From: a virus
Taxonomy: Duplodnaviria > Caudoviricetes
IMG/VR virus record: IMGVR_UViG_3300037010_001838
DNA length: 64,000 bases
Reading direction: 5' to 3' (one strand)
Part shown: piece after piece, positions 21,497 through 31,356 of the stretch
Layout: each line of letters starts with the position of its first letter
Position numbering within the stretch: the first letter of the stretch is position 1
Made by a program: the position numbers and the translations under genes
The notes under the pieces: generated by a model
Database searches by the model: none
What the model was told of the DNA's origin: nothing
What the model saw: the letters and a program-made list of their open reading frames with translations, nothing else

Positions 21497-22075
21497 TCAC
21501 CAAGCGAACATTACCCAGATAGATACAACGAAGATCACAAAGTAAGAAATCCACAACCCCACAGCATACTCAACATTAAGTTGATCCCTGTTCTTTTCAA
21601 GAACATTATATCCACCCCACCAAGTTTTAGATGTGTTATCATACTTGATAACCAATTTTGTTGCTGTGGATTGAAAGTACAAAGTGATTGCTAATCCGAT
21701 GAATAATATCAACAATCCAAGGACCACGTGAATAATTGGACTACCAACATAGTTGAAGATGATCACACCAGCAGTCATCATACCAACAGGAGTCTTGAGG
21801 AAATCGTTCGTTGCCATCCCAATCTCTTTGGCTGCTCCACCGAACATCTTTCCGAATCGTTCACCGATGTTAACCCACTTGTCAGCAACATCAGCAACTT
21901 TCCCAGCACCAGGAACAATTTGATAGGGATCTTGTTGTTTCATCTGTTCGACTTGTTGAACCAACGTGGCTTTCTGACTATCAGACAAACCACGAGTGTC
22001 CACTTCAACAGAAGCGAAAACAGGGAAAGTGGCGATTTGAATCATTACAGCACACACCGAAATCAATTTCTTCAT
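21497..22075 (-). CDS. Exported membrane protein
   Basis: Signal peptide MKKLISVCAV...VFA; C-terminal TM helices. Confidence 0.75.
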   Translation of the reverse strand: MKKLISVCAVMIQIATFPVFASVEVDTRGLSDSQKATLVQQVEQMKQQDPYQIVPGAGKVADVADKWVNIGERFGKMFGGAAKEIGMATNDFLKTPVGMMTAGVIIFNYVGSPIIHVVLGLLILFIGLAITLYFQSTATKLVIKYDNTSKTWWGGYNVLEKNRDQLNVEYAVGLWISYFVIFVVSIWVMFAW

Positions 22076-22101
22076 TCCGATTTCTCCAAAGGTTAACAAC
22101 G

Positions 22102-22365
22102 TTATAAACCTGCAATTTCATCAGAAATTGCACCTTTCTTAAGTTTGCGGTCCCAATAAGCCACAACATGACCGTCTTCTTCGAAATGATATTCATTGAC
22201 GTCGGTGTGGAGGTTAACTGGTTTGAGTCCTAGATCGGAACAAGCATCAAACCAATCTTGAAAATCATCAAACTTTATCGTGGAGAACATTTGTTTACTC
22301 TTATTAGTTAATGAAAGTATGATACCCCAAAAATCAGAAAAGATCAACCATCGGTTCCTGGACAT
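22102..22365 (-). CDS. Hypothetical protein
   Basis: Small ORF in operon; start uncertain. Confidence 0.55.
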   Translation of the reverse strand: MSRNRWLIFSDFWGIILSLTNKSKQMFSTIKFDDFQDWFDACSDLGLKPVNLHTDVNEYHFEEDGHVVAYWDRKLKKGAISDEIAGL

Positions 22366-22637
22366 TTACCATTAACTTTTTCACCGATTGGATTAAAGAT
22401 GGACCAACCGATGAAATACACCGGGAGGATGACTGTTTCAATGGTGAGAACAGACCAGACAATATTACCAAAAGAAGCTTCATAACACATCTTTTCACTC
22501 TTCTGGGAGTTCTGGTTTATGAATCCGTATGTTGGATACGTTTTTGTGGAACCATCAGGTTGAGTCACGTCCAATGGGTGTCCACAACCTGCAAGCATGA
22601 GTGCAGCAATTACAACAGAAGCAATAGTTTTCTTCAT
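22344..22637 (-). CDS. Predicted lipoprotein
   Basis: MKKTI...LMLAGC lipobox. Confidence 0.75.
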   Translation of the reverse strand: MKKTIASVVIAALMLAGCGHPLDVTQPDGSTKTYPTYGFINQNSQKSEKMCYEASFGNIVWSVLTIETVILPVYFIGWSIFNPIGEKVNGKCPGTDG

Positions 22638-23264
22638 TTTCGTGTTTCCTTTGTTTGTGGCGAACAAGGGAAATTAAGAAATCTTGTTCACCGTTATTTT
22701 TGACATCATGTGTTTGTGCATGATAGAGAGGTGTTTGGAACAAAGTTCCTTGATAGCGGCACGTTCTATATCAGCGTGAATTCAATAATACCCAGAACTC
22801 CAACGAAATTCAACAACAATTTCAAATTCATTCATTTTAATTCTCCATGTTCCTGCGATTCTTCATTTCTTTGCGAAACAGTTCTGCTTGGATAGAACGT
22901 TTCGCTCTGTGTCCTTGCTTCAGTTCGTGTGAACCATTCTTACAACGCTTCAGGGTCTCGTTCAGATGACGTGAGGTGAAGGTCTTGCTCATTTCTAACT
23001 CCTTATTTACAGTAAAGACATTGTCACATATTTGTGGGTAAAAGTCAACAATCCAATTAAGCTAACAACAAGACTGATGATACCAGATTTATTCCTTTAG
23101 AATTGTTGGACCATTTGGATACACATTTGACCGCTTTGTGGCTAATCTTCCGCCCCCTTGCGAATAATCTTGATATTTGGTCCACTTCAGTGTGATGTTT
23201 ATGAAATCGGAAACCTTTCATATAACTTTCAATATGAAGAATCGTTACACGACAGTCGATGAGT

Positions 23265-23468
23265 TTATAACCCCAACAAGTGAGTGATATAACTAAAACC
23301 TGGAACCTTTTCCCACAAAAAATGCTCAAACGGGAAGGAAATTGTGATTCCTACCCAGAAAGATAATGATTTCAGTTGACTTTTGGTCTCATGATAACAC
23401 TTTACAAGAAACCCATTCTCATCGGCATGAAAATGCATCTTGTTTTCTTTAATCGTAGAACCAACCAC
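23265..23468 (-). CDS. Hypothetical protein
   Basis: Small ORF in operon. Confidence 0.55.
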   Translation of the reverse strand: MVGSTIKENKMHFHADENGFLVKCYHETKSQLKSLSFWVGITISFPFEHFLWEKVPGFSYITHLLGL

Positions 23469-23685
23469 AACCTGCTTTTACAGTAGGGTTAGTCAGAGGT
23501 TTCGTGAAATATGCTCCAATGAAGATTGAGTGACCTTCAAATTTTGGATTGTTGATAGATACGTTAGCACGGACTACCCCATCCCCTGATACATCAGAAA
23601 ATCGAACAGTCTCACCAGGAAGAACCTGGGAACTCGTTTTAACAAGATCTTTCCATTGCTCGATGGGCATTTCAGTCATATTCAT
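23449..23685 (-). CDS. Hypothetical protein
   Basis: Small ORF in operon. Confidence 0.6.
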   Translation of the reverse strand: MNMTEMPIEQWKDLVKTSSQVLPGETVRFSDVSGDGVVRANVSINNPKFEGHSIFIGAYFTKPLTNPTVKAGCGWFYD

Positions 23686-23694
23686 AACAGTTCT

Positions 23695-24075
23695 CTATTT
23701 CTCAATACGGAAGATTAAAGAACGAACATCACCCAAAGATGTTCGTTCACGAATCGCTATATTCGTCAATTCACAAAAGTTTTTCAACTCTTCATACCTA
23801 TCCGACTTCAAATCTTTTGTTCGAAGATTGTCCACCTTGATTTTAATATAAGTCTTGTGATAATCAAGATATATTTTACATCTACCGAATACACGCTTCA
23901 CTTTAGCGCGAACGACATCTCCAAACGCAATCTCTTGTTTGGAGAACAGAGTTTTAAAGGTTAAACTTTGGTTCTGATCTTGGATTGCCTTGACTTGTTT
24001 GTTACCCTTCTCGTATGCCATTGTTGAGTCTTCAATGTCACGAAGTTTTACCATGTTAGATTTCGTCCAACTCAC
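23695..24075 (-). CDS. Hypothetical protein
   Basis: ORF in operon. Confidence 0.65.
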   Translation of the reverse strand: MSWTKSNMVKLRDIEDSTMAYEKGNKQVKAIQDQNQSLTFKTLFSKQEIAFGDVVRAKVKRVFGRCKIYLDYHKTYIKIKVDNLRTKDLKSDRYEELKNFCELTNIAIRERTSLGDVRSLIFRIEK

Positions 24076-24418
24076 GCTGAAGTTGTTCTATTTGAACTTG
24101 GATCGCTCGACGTTTCATTTGGTTAATTGCGATCACTTGTTTAAGTTCCGAGACTGGAATAAACTTGTCTATTTTATATTCAACTTCTGCAATTCCAATT
24201 CCAATTCCAGAAACTTCTTCGTACATGTAGTCACAACCCTGAAACATCTCTTCTATGTTTGGACATGTACTGTGAATTCCGGTGGTGTTCATTTGCGGCG
24301 ACCAATAAGGGCGTCCACCTGTACCATGATCAACCAACGCAAATATATCATTTCCGTAGTTTTTGTCAATTCCAACAATTACATATCCGATAAACATTTC
24401 ATTCTCCAGTCTCTTCAA
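24056..24418 (-). CDS. Hypothetical protein
   Basis: ORF coupled to the RNA ligase stop. Confidence 0.65.
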   Translation of the reverse strand: MKRLENEMFIGYVIVGIDKNYGNDIFALVDHGTGGRPYWSPQMNTTGIHSTCPNIEEMFQGCDYMYEEVSGIGIGIAEVEYKIDKFIPVSELKQVIAINQMKRRAIQVQIEQLQRELDEI

Positions 24419-25526
24419 TTTTCATATCTTTAAATCCCAATTCTTTCCACTTACTCTTCATGAACTGTTTGTAGTCAGGACTCTTCCCAAGATACAAATT
24501 CATTACACGAGAGAAATACATCGGTGAAACTTCAGCCTGACCTTTAACAGCATAGTCTTTTCGGTCAAGGTGTTTGTTCATTTCATAGAACGTCTCAACT
24601 TCATTTACCATGCTGTTAAACATATGATCAACCTTCACCTGCATTTGATCAATCATCATCATTGCAACAGCATCAGTATAGAACATTCCACGAAGATCAT
24701 CAACACCTTCATCAAGAATACACTCAAACAATCGACGAGGATTGTTGACAGAATCTTTCGCGTGGTGCAAGGAAATGTATTCATCACACTTCACTTTGAC
24801 GAATTTGCCCTGTTGATACTCAATCACAAATCCTTCAACACCATGCATTAAGGCGACTGATTCAACGAATGATGTCGTAGATTCTACGTCAATAACGTCA
24901 ACCCAGTGATTCAACACATTGGGGTAATCCACCAGTTCGTCTTTATTAACAAAACGACCGGTTTTGTTGTAGCGAATGTTTAGTACAGTGAGGTGAGTTT
25001 CAGGATAGCCAATAACGATTCTATTTTCGGGACCACATAGTTCCATGTTGACTGTTAGATCAGCATGAGCCAGGTCCAATAGTTCATCACTGAACGATTT
25101 GTTTTTTGACAATAAAGCATATGCTTGTGCCACTTGATTAGAGAACAAAGAAGTTTTTGATTTAATACCCAACCTGTTGTTGTGAAGGAACGTTGAGATT
25201 AAACTACCATCCTTTTTCACCATGATCTGTTTTGTGTTAGAAAAGTCAATATCCATGGTGAATGGATTCTCACGCCAGTTGAAGAATTTGGGTAATACCC
25301 AAGAAGCCAATCTGACCGGCTGAGCATTCTCCCCTTGATTGGTGACTTCAAACAAATGACCACGACATTCCAGTGCATCAGGAAGAAGAAAATCAGAATA
25401 AGAAGCAAGGCGATACGTAAAACACCGATACCAGTTGTTGTCCAGTTGTTGGTCGACAAAGTAGAAGGCTTCGTTATTCACAAGAGCCATCAAGTTGTTA
25501 TACAATTCAGTCTGACGTTCATTCAT
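24399..25526 (-). CDS. rnlA: T4 Rnl1-like RNA ligase
   Basis: FTYRLASY, ECRG, PKFFN, motif I KKDGSLIS, EGFVI, VKVKCDEY, LH; ATG 25526 with SD GGAG. Confidence 0.88.
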   Translation of the reverse strand: MNERQTELYNNLMALVNNEAFYFVDQQLDNNWYRCFTYRLASYSDFLLPDALECRGHLFEVTNQGENAQPVRLASWVLPKFFNWRENPFTMDIDFSNTKQIMVKKDGSLISTFLHNNRLGIKSKTSLFSNQVAQAYALLSKNKSFSDELLDLAHADLTVNMELCGPENRIVIGYPETHLTVLNIRYNKTGRFVNKDELVDYPNVLNHWVDVIDVESTTSFVESVALMHGVEGFVIEYQQGKFVKVKCDEYISLHHAKDSVNNPRRLFECILDEGVDDLRGMFYTDAVAMMMIDQMQVKVDHMFNSMVNEVETFYEMNKHLDRKDYAVKGQAEVSPMYFSRVMNLYLGKSPDYKQFMKSKWKELGFKDMKIEETGE

Positions 25527-25929
25527 GTAAGATTCTCCAAGAGTTGTCGTAATATACGCTAAAAAGTTGTTGGGGTCAACGTGTGGTATCATACACACCA
25601 TCAAGCGGAGGAAACCATAATGTCCAAAAAAGATCCAACGACCACGTACACTCCCAAAACGCTTATTGGAGGAGATAATGAATGCTTCCAGTTGAACGAA
25701 ACAGATGTGGCTTTATTGGTTGAGCACGTTAATGGTTGTAGTGAAAAATCTTCGCATCATTCCTTGGGAGGATAATGCGAAGAAGGGGAACAAGTTTGAG
25801 TGTTAAGATTTTCTGGCGGTGCTCTTAATTTGATCTTTCAAATACATCAAGTCGGTAAAGTTTTTCACCAACGCAGTACTTGTTCCACAGTGCAGGAACA
25901 TTATCTACCAATTAGGAGAATGAGTCAAC

Positions 25930-26295
25930 CTATTTCAACCAAGCTCGTTCTTCGATATCACGAAGTGCTTTACGAAGAGCAGATATATCTTTCTTTTTTG
26001 CCGCCAATTCAGCATTCTCCCATGCTTGTCGTTCTTCACTACGTGCAAGAACTGCCGCTTCACGATTTTCCTTGTCCTGAATAGACTCAATGTATGCTGA
26101 ACGATAACGGTCAGAACCTATCTCAGTGCCAGTCTTCACACTAAATTCACGCTCATGACCATCACCTTCACGCTGAAGAGTGATTCGAACTTTGTTGATC
26201 TTTGTAACGATATAAATCCCCTGAGACCGAGTTGACCAACTGCTGCTGTATGCAACAGAGACACGATCACCAACTTTAAGAGTAGAGAGGTTCAT
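25930..26295 (-). CDS. Hypothetical protein
   Basis: ORF with promoter and SD. Confidence 0.7.
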   Translation of the reverse strand: MNLSTLKVGDRVSVAYSSSWSTRSQGIYIVTKINKVRITLQREGDGHEREFSVKTGTEIGSDRYRSAYIESIQDKENREAAVLARSEERQAWENAELAAKKKDISALRKALRDIEERAWLK

Positions 26296-26455
26296 TTTGT
26301 TTGCTCCGTTTGTTTAGTCAGTAAGAACATTATCTACCAATTTGTGAAATGAGTCAACTCAAACAAATGTTAAAATCCGTCGGACTTTTAATTATTCTTG
26401 ACTTTTTTTGTTTCAATATAGTAATTATACTACGTTTAACCCAAAAGTCAACCAA

Positions 26456-26695
26456 CTATTCTTCGAAGGTAGTCAGATTCGTTATATTGTTTTGCCATTC
26501 GTCGTTCCGAGGAATCCATTCATCAATGAACTCAACCAAACTATTAATAGCTCCTGGATTGTCAGCAAGAAATTCTTCCAAAGAACCATAACCACACACT
26601 TCTTGAATCAACTTTTTGAATCGCCGAACACCCGAATCCGATTCAAATGAATACATGCTATTGAGTTCAAGATAATCGTTGAGTTGTTTGGGCAT
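26456..26695 (-). CDS. Hypothetical protein
   Basis: Last gene of the leftward block. Confidence 0.7.
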   Translation of the reverse strand: MPKQLNDYLELNSMYSFESDSGVRRFKKLIQEVCGYGSLEEFLADNPGAINSLVEFIDEWIPRNDEWQNNITNLTTFEE

Positions 26696-26847
26696 CTTTT
26701 TTTCCGTTGTTCATTCAATGTAACAATTGTCTCTCATCTTGTGTAACAAATCAACTGTTGTTCTTTTACCCTATTTGTGAGATAATAGCCTTACCGGTGG
26801 GGACAGGAGTAGAAGGGTATGGAATTCTTATTACCCTAATTGATTCG

Positions 26848-26876
26848 TTGACTTTTACCCCACAATACTATATAAT
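26848..26876 (+). promoter_or_regulatory. sigma70-like promoter at the divergence point of the early blocks
   Basis: TTGACT-17-TATAAT. Confidence 0.85.
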
Positions 26877-26906
26877 GTTGTTGTTGACTTAAGAAAGGAA
26901 CACAAA

Positions 26907-27104
26907 ATGGAACACGAAGAATATCTCATCGACGATGAATATGGTGTACTGATGAACGATTGGTATGACCATCCTGAAGAGGGCTGTGATGAGCAGTATG
27001 AACCTGAATTTAATGACGACCTTGATGGCGACTTTGATTCAGGGATGGCATCAGCAGGCTTTGGTACGGACGAAGACTATGGTTGTTTCGGTGACGATTT
27101 TTAA
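26907..27104 (+). CDS. Small acidic hypothetical protein
   Basis: SD AAAGGA; Asp/Glu-rich. Confidence 0.65.
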   Translation: MEHEEYLIDDEYGVLMNDWYDHPEEGCDEQYEPEFNDDLDGDFDSGMASAGFGTDEDYGCFGDDF

Positions 27105-27113
27105 GGATAGTGT

Positions 27114-27341
27114 ATGATTCAAAAGACGAACGTACTCCATGTATCAGATTCCAAAAACACTTCCAATGTAGTGAGAGTGGTTGTGGGTTGTCAGTCGTTT
27201 ACAGACCAGTTGGAAGATACGTTTTGTCGCTTGGGGTTTCGGGTACACCGAACTCATGAATCTCTTCCAAAACGAAGTGAAAGTGAAATGCGTCGCGCTA
27301 AAGAATTGTTGGAGATTGCAGTTAAGTCTGTTGACGTCTAA
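27114..27341 (+). CDS. Hypothetical protein
   Basis: ORF in operon. Confidence 0.6.
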   Translation: MIQKTNVLHVSDSKNTSNVVRVVVGCQSFTDQLEDTFCRLGFRVHRTHESLPKRSESEMRRAKELLEIAVKSVDV

Positions 27342-27386
27342 TTTAGGATAGGGTATTGTTTACTGAAATTCAAACAAGGAATCAAT

Positions 27387-28016
27387 ATGTCAACCGTGAT
27401 ACAGAATCTAATTGATGCTGGTTATGATGTCCACTCGTACTTCAAGTGTGCTCGTGAAGTGAATGACAAGTACACAGAGCGTCACATAACTCCAAAAATC
27501 GCTGAAAAAGAGATTCATAAGTTGTTTGGAGTCACATTTCCAACGGAAAACAACGAAGAAGCCAATGTTGCTCTTCGATATATGATCACGGAAGCTGTTA
27601 AACTTCATGCTGATGGATTTGTCGTTGACCCTGAAGAATTGACGAAAGAGGTCAAACGAAAGGTTGCTGAATTCTTTATCAATTTTCCTTGGTATGACCC
27701 GAATGTTGAGAGCACGATCAAAGACATTCCAACTGCTGATGAGATCTTGAACGTTCCTACTGAAGAGATTTTGCTTACTCGTAAACAGGTAAATGGCCAA
27801 ACGGTTAAGCCAAAGAAAGGTTTGAAACAAGAAGCGGCCAAACTGATTTACGAAGCGAATCGCGGTAAGTCCAATCAAGAAATCATTGCTTTGTTCATTG
27901 GTCAACTTGATATGTCCAAAGCAGGTGCGACCACATATCTGTATAACATGAAAAAGGCTGCTGGTGATATCACTGAAGGTACCAAGAAAGGTCGGAAACC
28001 TAAAGTTGTAAGTTAA
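27387..28016 (+). CDS. Protein with C-terminal GATTY-family domain
   Basis: LDMSKAGATTYLYNMKK; own promoter. Confidence 0.75.
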   Translation: MSTVIQNLIDAGYDVHSYFKCAREVNDKYTERHITPKIAEKEIHKLFGVTFPTENNEEANVALRYMITEAVKLHADGFVVDPEELTKEVKRKVAEFFINFPWYDPNVESTIKDIPTADEILNVPTEEILLTRKQVNGQTVKPKKGLKQEAAKLIYEANRGKSNQEIIALFIGQLDMSKAGATTYLYNMKKAAGDITEGTKKGRKPKVVS

Positions 28017-28262
28017 CTACTAGGAAACACTATGACACATTCAACGATTGAAGTAGAGTTCGTACGAACACGGGCGAATAGTTGCCTTGAAGGGATTGGA
28101 ATGGCACAAAAGACGTTCGCCTTGGGATATCACTTGATCTTGAGGAGGGCTTAATCTAAACAGGAAACTATAAAGGGTTTAAGTATTTGAATACACGAGA
28201 TACCTCTCATTCCGAGTTTGATAGAACTCGTCGTTATTACTTTTGATTACTAGGAGATACAT

Positions 28263-28469
28263 ATGGCATACACAACTATTAACTTCAAAACGAAGAAAGC
28301 ATTGAAAGAAGCACTGGCTGCAGGTAAGCAGATTGGTGTATTCAGTCCTGGTCCTTTTCCAGTTAAACAAAATGGGACTGTTTCTTTGGAAGGTCCTCAT
28401 TACCCTGAACCCCACAAGTGGTATGCGTCAGCTACCGTTAAAGACGGCTACATCGTTTCAGTGAAATGA
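28263..28469 (+). CDS. Small phage protein
   Basis: SD AGGAG; NFKTKKALKEA...GPHYPEPHKWYA. Confidence 0.75.
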   Translation: MAYTTINFKTKKALKEALAAGKQIGVFSPGPFPVKQNGTVSLEGPHYPEPHKWYASATVKDGYIVSVK

Positions 28470-28582
28470 TTATGTCATATCACCCGGACGAAGACTGGTT
28501 ACCTGAAGACGACAGTGAAGACGAGGGTTGACTTTTATCTACTGTTGAGAGATGCTCATTAAATCAACTGGAGAGATTTTTA

Positions 28583-29590
28583 ATGCGACATCTTGCTACT
28601 ATTCGAAAAATCGATGACATTCAACCTATCCCTGATGCTGACGCTATTGAAGTTGCGTTGATTGGAGGATGGAAAGTTGTCGTCAAAAAAGGTGAATTTG
28701 AACCTGGTAACCTTGTGATATATTGTGAAGTTGATAGCTTCATCCCACACGACATTGCCCCTTTCCTGACTAAAGGTGATAATGCTCCTTTTGTATACGA
28801 AGGTATCTCTGGGGGACGTCTGCGCACTGTTCGATTGAGGGGGCAAGTGAGTCAGGGCCTTGTTCTCCCCATCCCCACATCCATGTTGGTGTTTAATGAG
28901 GGTGAAGATGTCACCGACCTCCTTGGCATCGTCAAGTACGAACCTCCAATCCCAGCTCAACTGGCTGGTGTAGTTAAGGGAGCTTTTCCATCTGTATTTC
29001 CCAAGACAGATGAAGAACGAATTCAGAATCTCACTAGTAACTGGGAAGAATTGAAGCAACTAACTTATGAGGTTACTGAGAAGCTTGAGGGTAGCTCGAT
29101 GTCTGTCGGTCGAATTGATGGTGAGTTCATCGTATGTTCTCGGAACTTGAACTTGAGAGAAACTGAAGGTAATTCTTTGTGGGCTCAAGCTCGTAAGTAT
29201 AACATCGAACAGCAGTTGATTGAAACGGGCTTGGATGATATCATTATTCAGGGTGAAATTATCGGAGAAGGTATACAGGGTAACCATTATGGGTTGAAGG
29301 GTCAAGACTTCTACGTGTTCGCGATATATGACATTAAGTTAGGATGTTTTCTTTCCCCTAACCAGCGGCGTCAATTGTGTGAAGAACTTGGACTTAAGCA
29401 CGTCCCCGTAATTCACGAAGAGTATGTGTTTCCACCTGAAACTTCTGTTCAGGATGTGTTGTCGATGGCAGATGGAACGAGTAAACTTACTGGTAAACTC
29501 CGAGAAGGAGAAGTATACAAGCGAGTTGATGGACGAGAACATTGGAAGGCTGTCAGCAATGAATATCTTTTTAAATACGGAAGAGGTTAA
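28583..29590 (+). CDS. RNA ligase, Rnl2/DRB0094-like
   Basis: N-terminal OB-type MRHLATIRKI...GWKVVVKKGEF; PKTDEERIQN; TEKLEGSS; QGEIIG; REGEV; KAVSN. Confidence 0.88.
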   Translation: MRHLATIRKIDDIQPIPDADAIEVALIGGWKVVVKKGEFEPGNLVIYCEVDSFIPHDIAPFLTKGDNAPFVYEGISGGRLRTVRLRGQVSQGLVLPIPTSMLVFNEGEDVTDLLGIVKYEPPIPAQLAGVVKGAFPSVFPKTDEERIQNLTSNWEELKQLTYEVTEKLEGSSMSVGRIDGEFIVCSRNLNLRETEGNSLWAQARKYNIEQQLIETGLDDIIIQGEIIGEGIQGNHYGLKGQDFYVFAIYDIKLGCFLSPNQRRQLCEELGLKHVPVIHEEYVFPPETSVQDVLSMADGTSKLTGKLREGEVYKRVDGREHWKAVSNEYLFKYGRG

Positions 29591-29591
29591 A

Positions 29592-29972
29592 ATGAAAGTG
29601 TTTATGTTGAACAAGAAGACTTACAAAGCACTCGAAAAATCTATCAAGAAATGGAAAAAGATTAAGAACGGCAATCAAGATTTAGACCGAGGAATTTCTA
29701 GCTGTCCTTTGTGTGCAGAATTTAATACATATTCTAACTCTCCACAGACAACAGGCCAGGATCGCTCTGATGATTGCACACGCTGTCCTATCTGTATCGA
29801 TACAGGGAAACAGTATTGTGAAGGAACTCCTTACACTTTAGCTGTAATGAACGCGGACGAAGGTGATGATCCGGGGTACTTTAAGGCTGCTAAAAAAGAG
29901 TATAAGTATTTGAAGGGATTGTTGGAACACAGTGTCGTTAAAACGAACATCAAAAATTTCAAAACCAAGTAG
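29592..29972 (+). CDS. Hypothetical Cys-rich protein
   Basis: SD GAGG; CPLC...CTRCPI...C. Confidence 0.7.
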   Translation: MKVFMLNKKTYKALEKSIKKWKKIKNGNQDLDRGISSCPLCAEFNTYSNSPQTTGQDRSDDCTRCPICIDTGKQYCEGTPYTLAVMNADEGDDPGYFKAAKKEYKYLKGLLEHSVVKTNIKNFKTK

Positions 29973-29980
29973 ATCATCGG

Positions 29981-30163
29981 ATGTAACAACAATTAGTTGA
30001 CTTTTTACAAAAAATTATCGATGATGGATGCTAGGATACAGATGAAGAAGACTTCATTGTTGATGATTATGCTGGTGGTAACGTCGATGATACCTTCTAT
30101 GGTGGCGTTGATGTCGGTCGAGTTGAATTGACACAAAACTTACTTGAAAGGTTTAACACATGA
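29981..30163 (+). pseudogene. Disrupted small gene (...GC*DTDEEDFIVDDYAGGNVDD...)
   Basis: In-frame TAA at codon 2 and TAG at 30032. Confidence 0.55.
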
Positions 30164-30390
30164 ACGTTTTGAAACTTCATCAAGAAACTGTAGAAGCTGT
30201 GTATGCATATGATTACTATGTGTCTTTGTTCAATGTATGTAAAAAAGGTAAACCTGAACCCACAACTCCGGAAGAAGTTTGTAAGTTCTGGAACAACTTT
30301 TAGTGTGCGTTATCTGACACTAAAGCTATTCACAGGGAACCGTTCAATCAGATATGTACTCTAGCTGAAGGTTCTTATTTGGAACACTAA
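30160..30390 (+). pseudogene. Small gene with a single in-frame TAG (FWNNF*CAL)
   Basis: TAG 30301-30303; frame stays open to TAA 30388-30390. Confidence 0.55.
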
Positions 30391-30398
30391 ACAAGTTT

Positions 30399-30474
30399 GG
30401 GCCTGTAGCTCAGAGGAAGTAGCAGGGTGCTCATAACGCCAAGGTCGAGGTATCGTAATCCTCCAGGCCCACCA
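30399..30474 (+). tRNA. tRNA-CAU, probably Ile2 (or Met), atypical T-loop
   Basis: Acceptor GGGCCTG/CAGGCCC-ACCA; loop CTCATAA. Confidence 0.75.
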
Positions 30475-30590
30475 AATTTTTGTTGACTTTATGGGATACT
30501 TAATATATAATAGTCTCATAGTAAAGAAGGAGTTAGAAGAATGACTCAGAAGTAAATGTTTTTGGTGTGACTGTTCTTTTATAATTTAAT

Positions 30591-30910
30591 GCCCCGATGG
30601 TGAAATAGGTAGACACAAGGGATCGCATGACGCTAGTCCCCCTCAATTGGAAACTTTGAGTAAACTATGGGTTAATTCGGGAGAGCCTTTAAAATGGCAA
30701 TCGCGAGCCAAGCAAGTGATACATCACTTGAAGGTGTAGAGACTACTGGAGAGGTTTAGTCCTCTTAATAACCAGCTTTGAACGCCCATTACCTGACCAA
30801 ATGATGTTGAAGGTAAAGAGATAGTCCGGGCTTGAAGGAAACTTCGAGACACAACCGCTTAAAATCCCTCGCTTTCGAGCGTGCCAGTTCAAATCTGGCT
30901 CGGGGCACCA
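30591..30910 (+). tRNA. tRNA-Leu(UAA) interrupted by a group I intron
   Basis: Exon 1 GCCCCGATGGTGAAATAGGTAGACACAAGGGA; exon 2 CTTAAAATCCCT...TCGGGGCACCA. Confidence 0.85.
30623..30857 (+). mobile_element. Group I self-splicing intron, ~235 nt, no ORF
   Basis: Core elements GGCAATCGCGAGCCAAGC, GAAGGTGTAGAGACTA, GGTAAAGAGATAGTCC; IGS AGTCCC; GAAA-capped P9; terminal G 30857. Confidence 0.85.
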
Positions 30911-31027
30911 TTTTTTAACTTTTTGTTTTTACAACAAAAAGTTGGTAATAATGAATCACAGTTAGGACAAACTGTTCTCAAGTTCTCTAATCTATGATCA
31001 TCATTTATTCCATTAATATGACCTAAG

Positions 31028-31065
31028 GTGAACTACCCAATTACTTTAGCAATTGGGTAGTTCAC
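31028..31065. repeat. IS200/IS605-like palindromic end remnant
   Basis: GTGAACTACCCAATT-ACTTTAGC-AATTGGGTAGTTCAC; related inverted copy at 59168. Confidence 0.6.
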
Positions 31066-31143
31066 AAGATTGCCGGATATAGTGACCAAAACTTTTTGTT
31101 GACTTTATAAATAGATTGCTATAAAATGTATATATAGTGTGTG

Positions 31144-31279
31144 TAGTAAAGAATGTTAGGTTTTGGGCTGCAATCCAAAACTAATGTGAGGTAATAAGAT
31201 TGGCCAGTCGAATTACCCAAGGCTACAGGCAGCGCACCGTCGCTGTCGGAGGTTTCGATTCCTCTTACATTCTTTACTA
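31144..31279 (+). ncRNA. tRNA-like multibranched RNA of unknown function
   Basis: Perfect 13-bp closing stem 31144-56/31267-79; T-arm-like GAGG-TTTCGATT-CCTC; three internal hairpins; directly after a promoter. Confidence 0.5.
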
Positions 31280-31356
31280 AATACATTTTTGTGTATTTCA
31301 GAAACTCAGTTGAGACGTTTATCGGGAACATCACCCCGAATCTGAAATACCTTTTT

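Larger units (their letters stand above)
11690..26420 (-). promoter_or_regulatory. Series of sigma70-like early promoters, roughly one per gene (TTGACW-N17-GATAAT/TAAGAT, often followed by GTC)
   Basis: Recurring plus-strand pattern gacatt(a/g)t...gtcaac upstream of genes, e.g. ~12435-12470, 15705-15730, 18457-18492, 19100-19132, 23025-23050. Confidence 0.75.

Noticed and set aside
30541-30555. Second attenuator leader (MTQK*) before the intron-containing tRNA-Leu
   Set aside because: It has an SD and promoter, but no terminator or antiterminator hairpins follow.
30623-30857. Homing endonuclease within the group I intron
   Set aside because: The intron is only ~235 nt and has no ORF.
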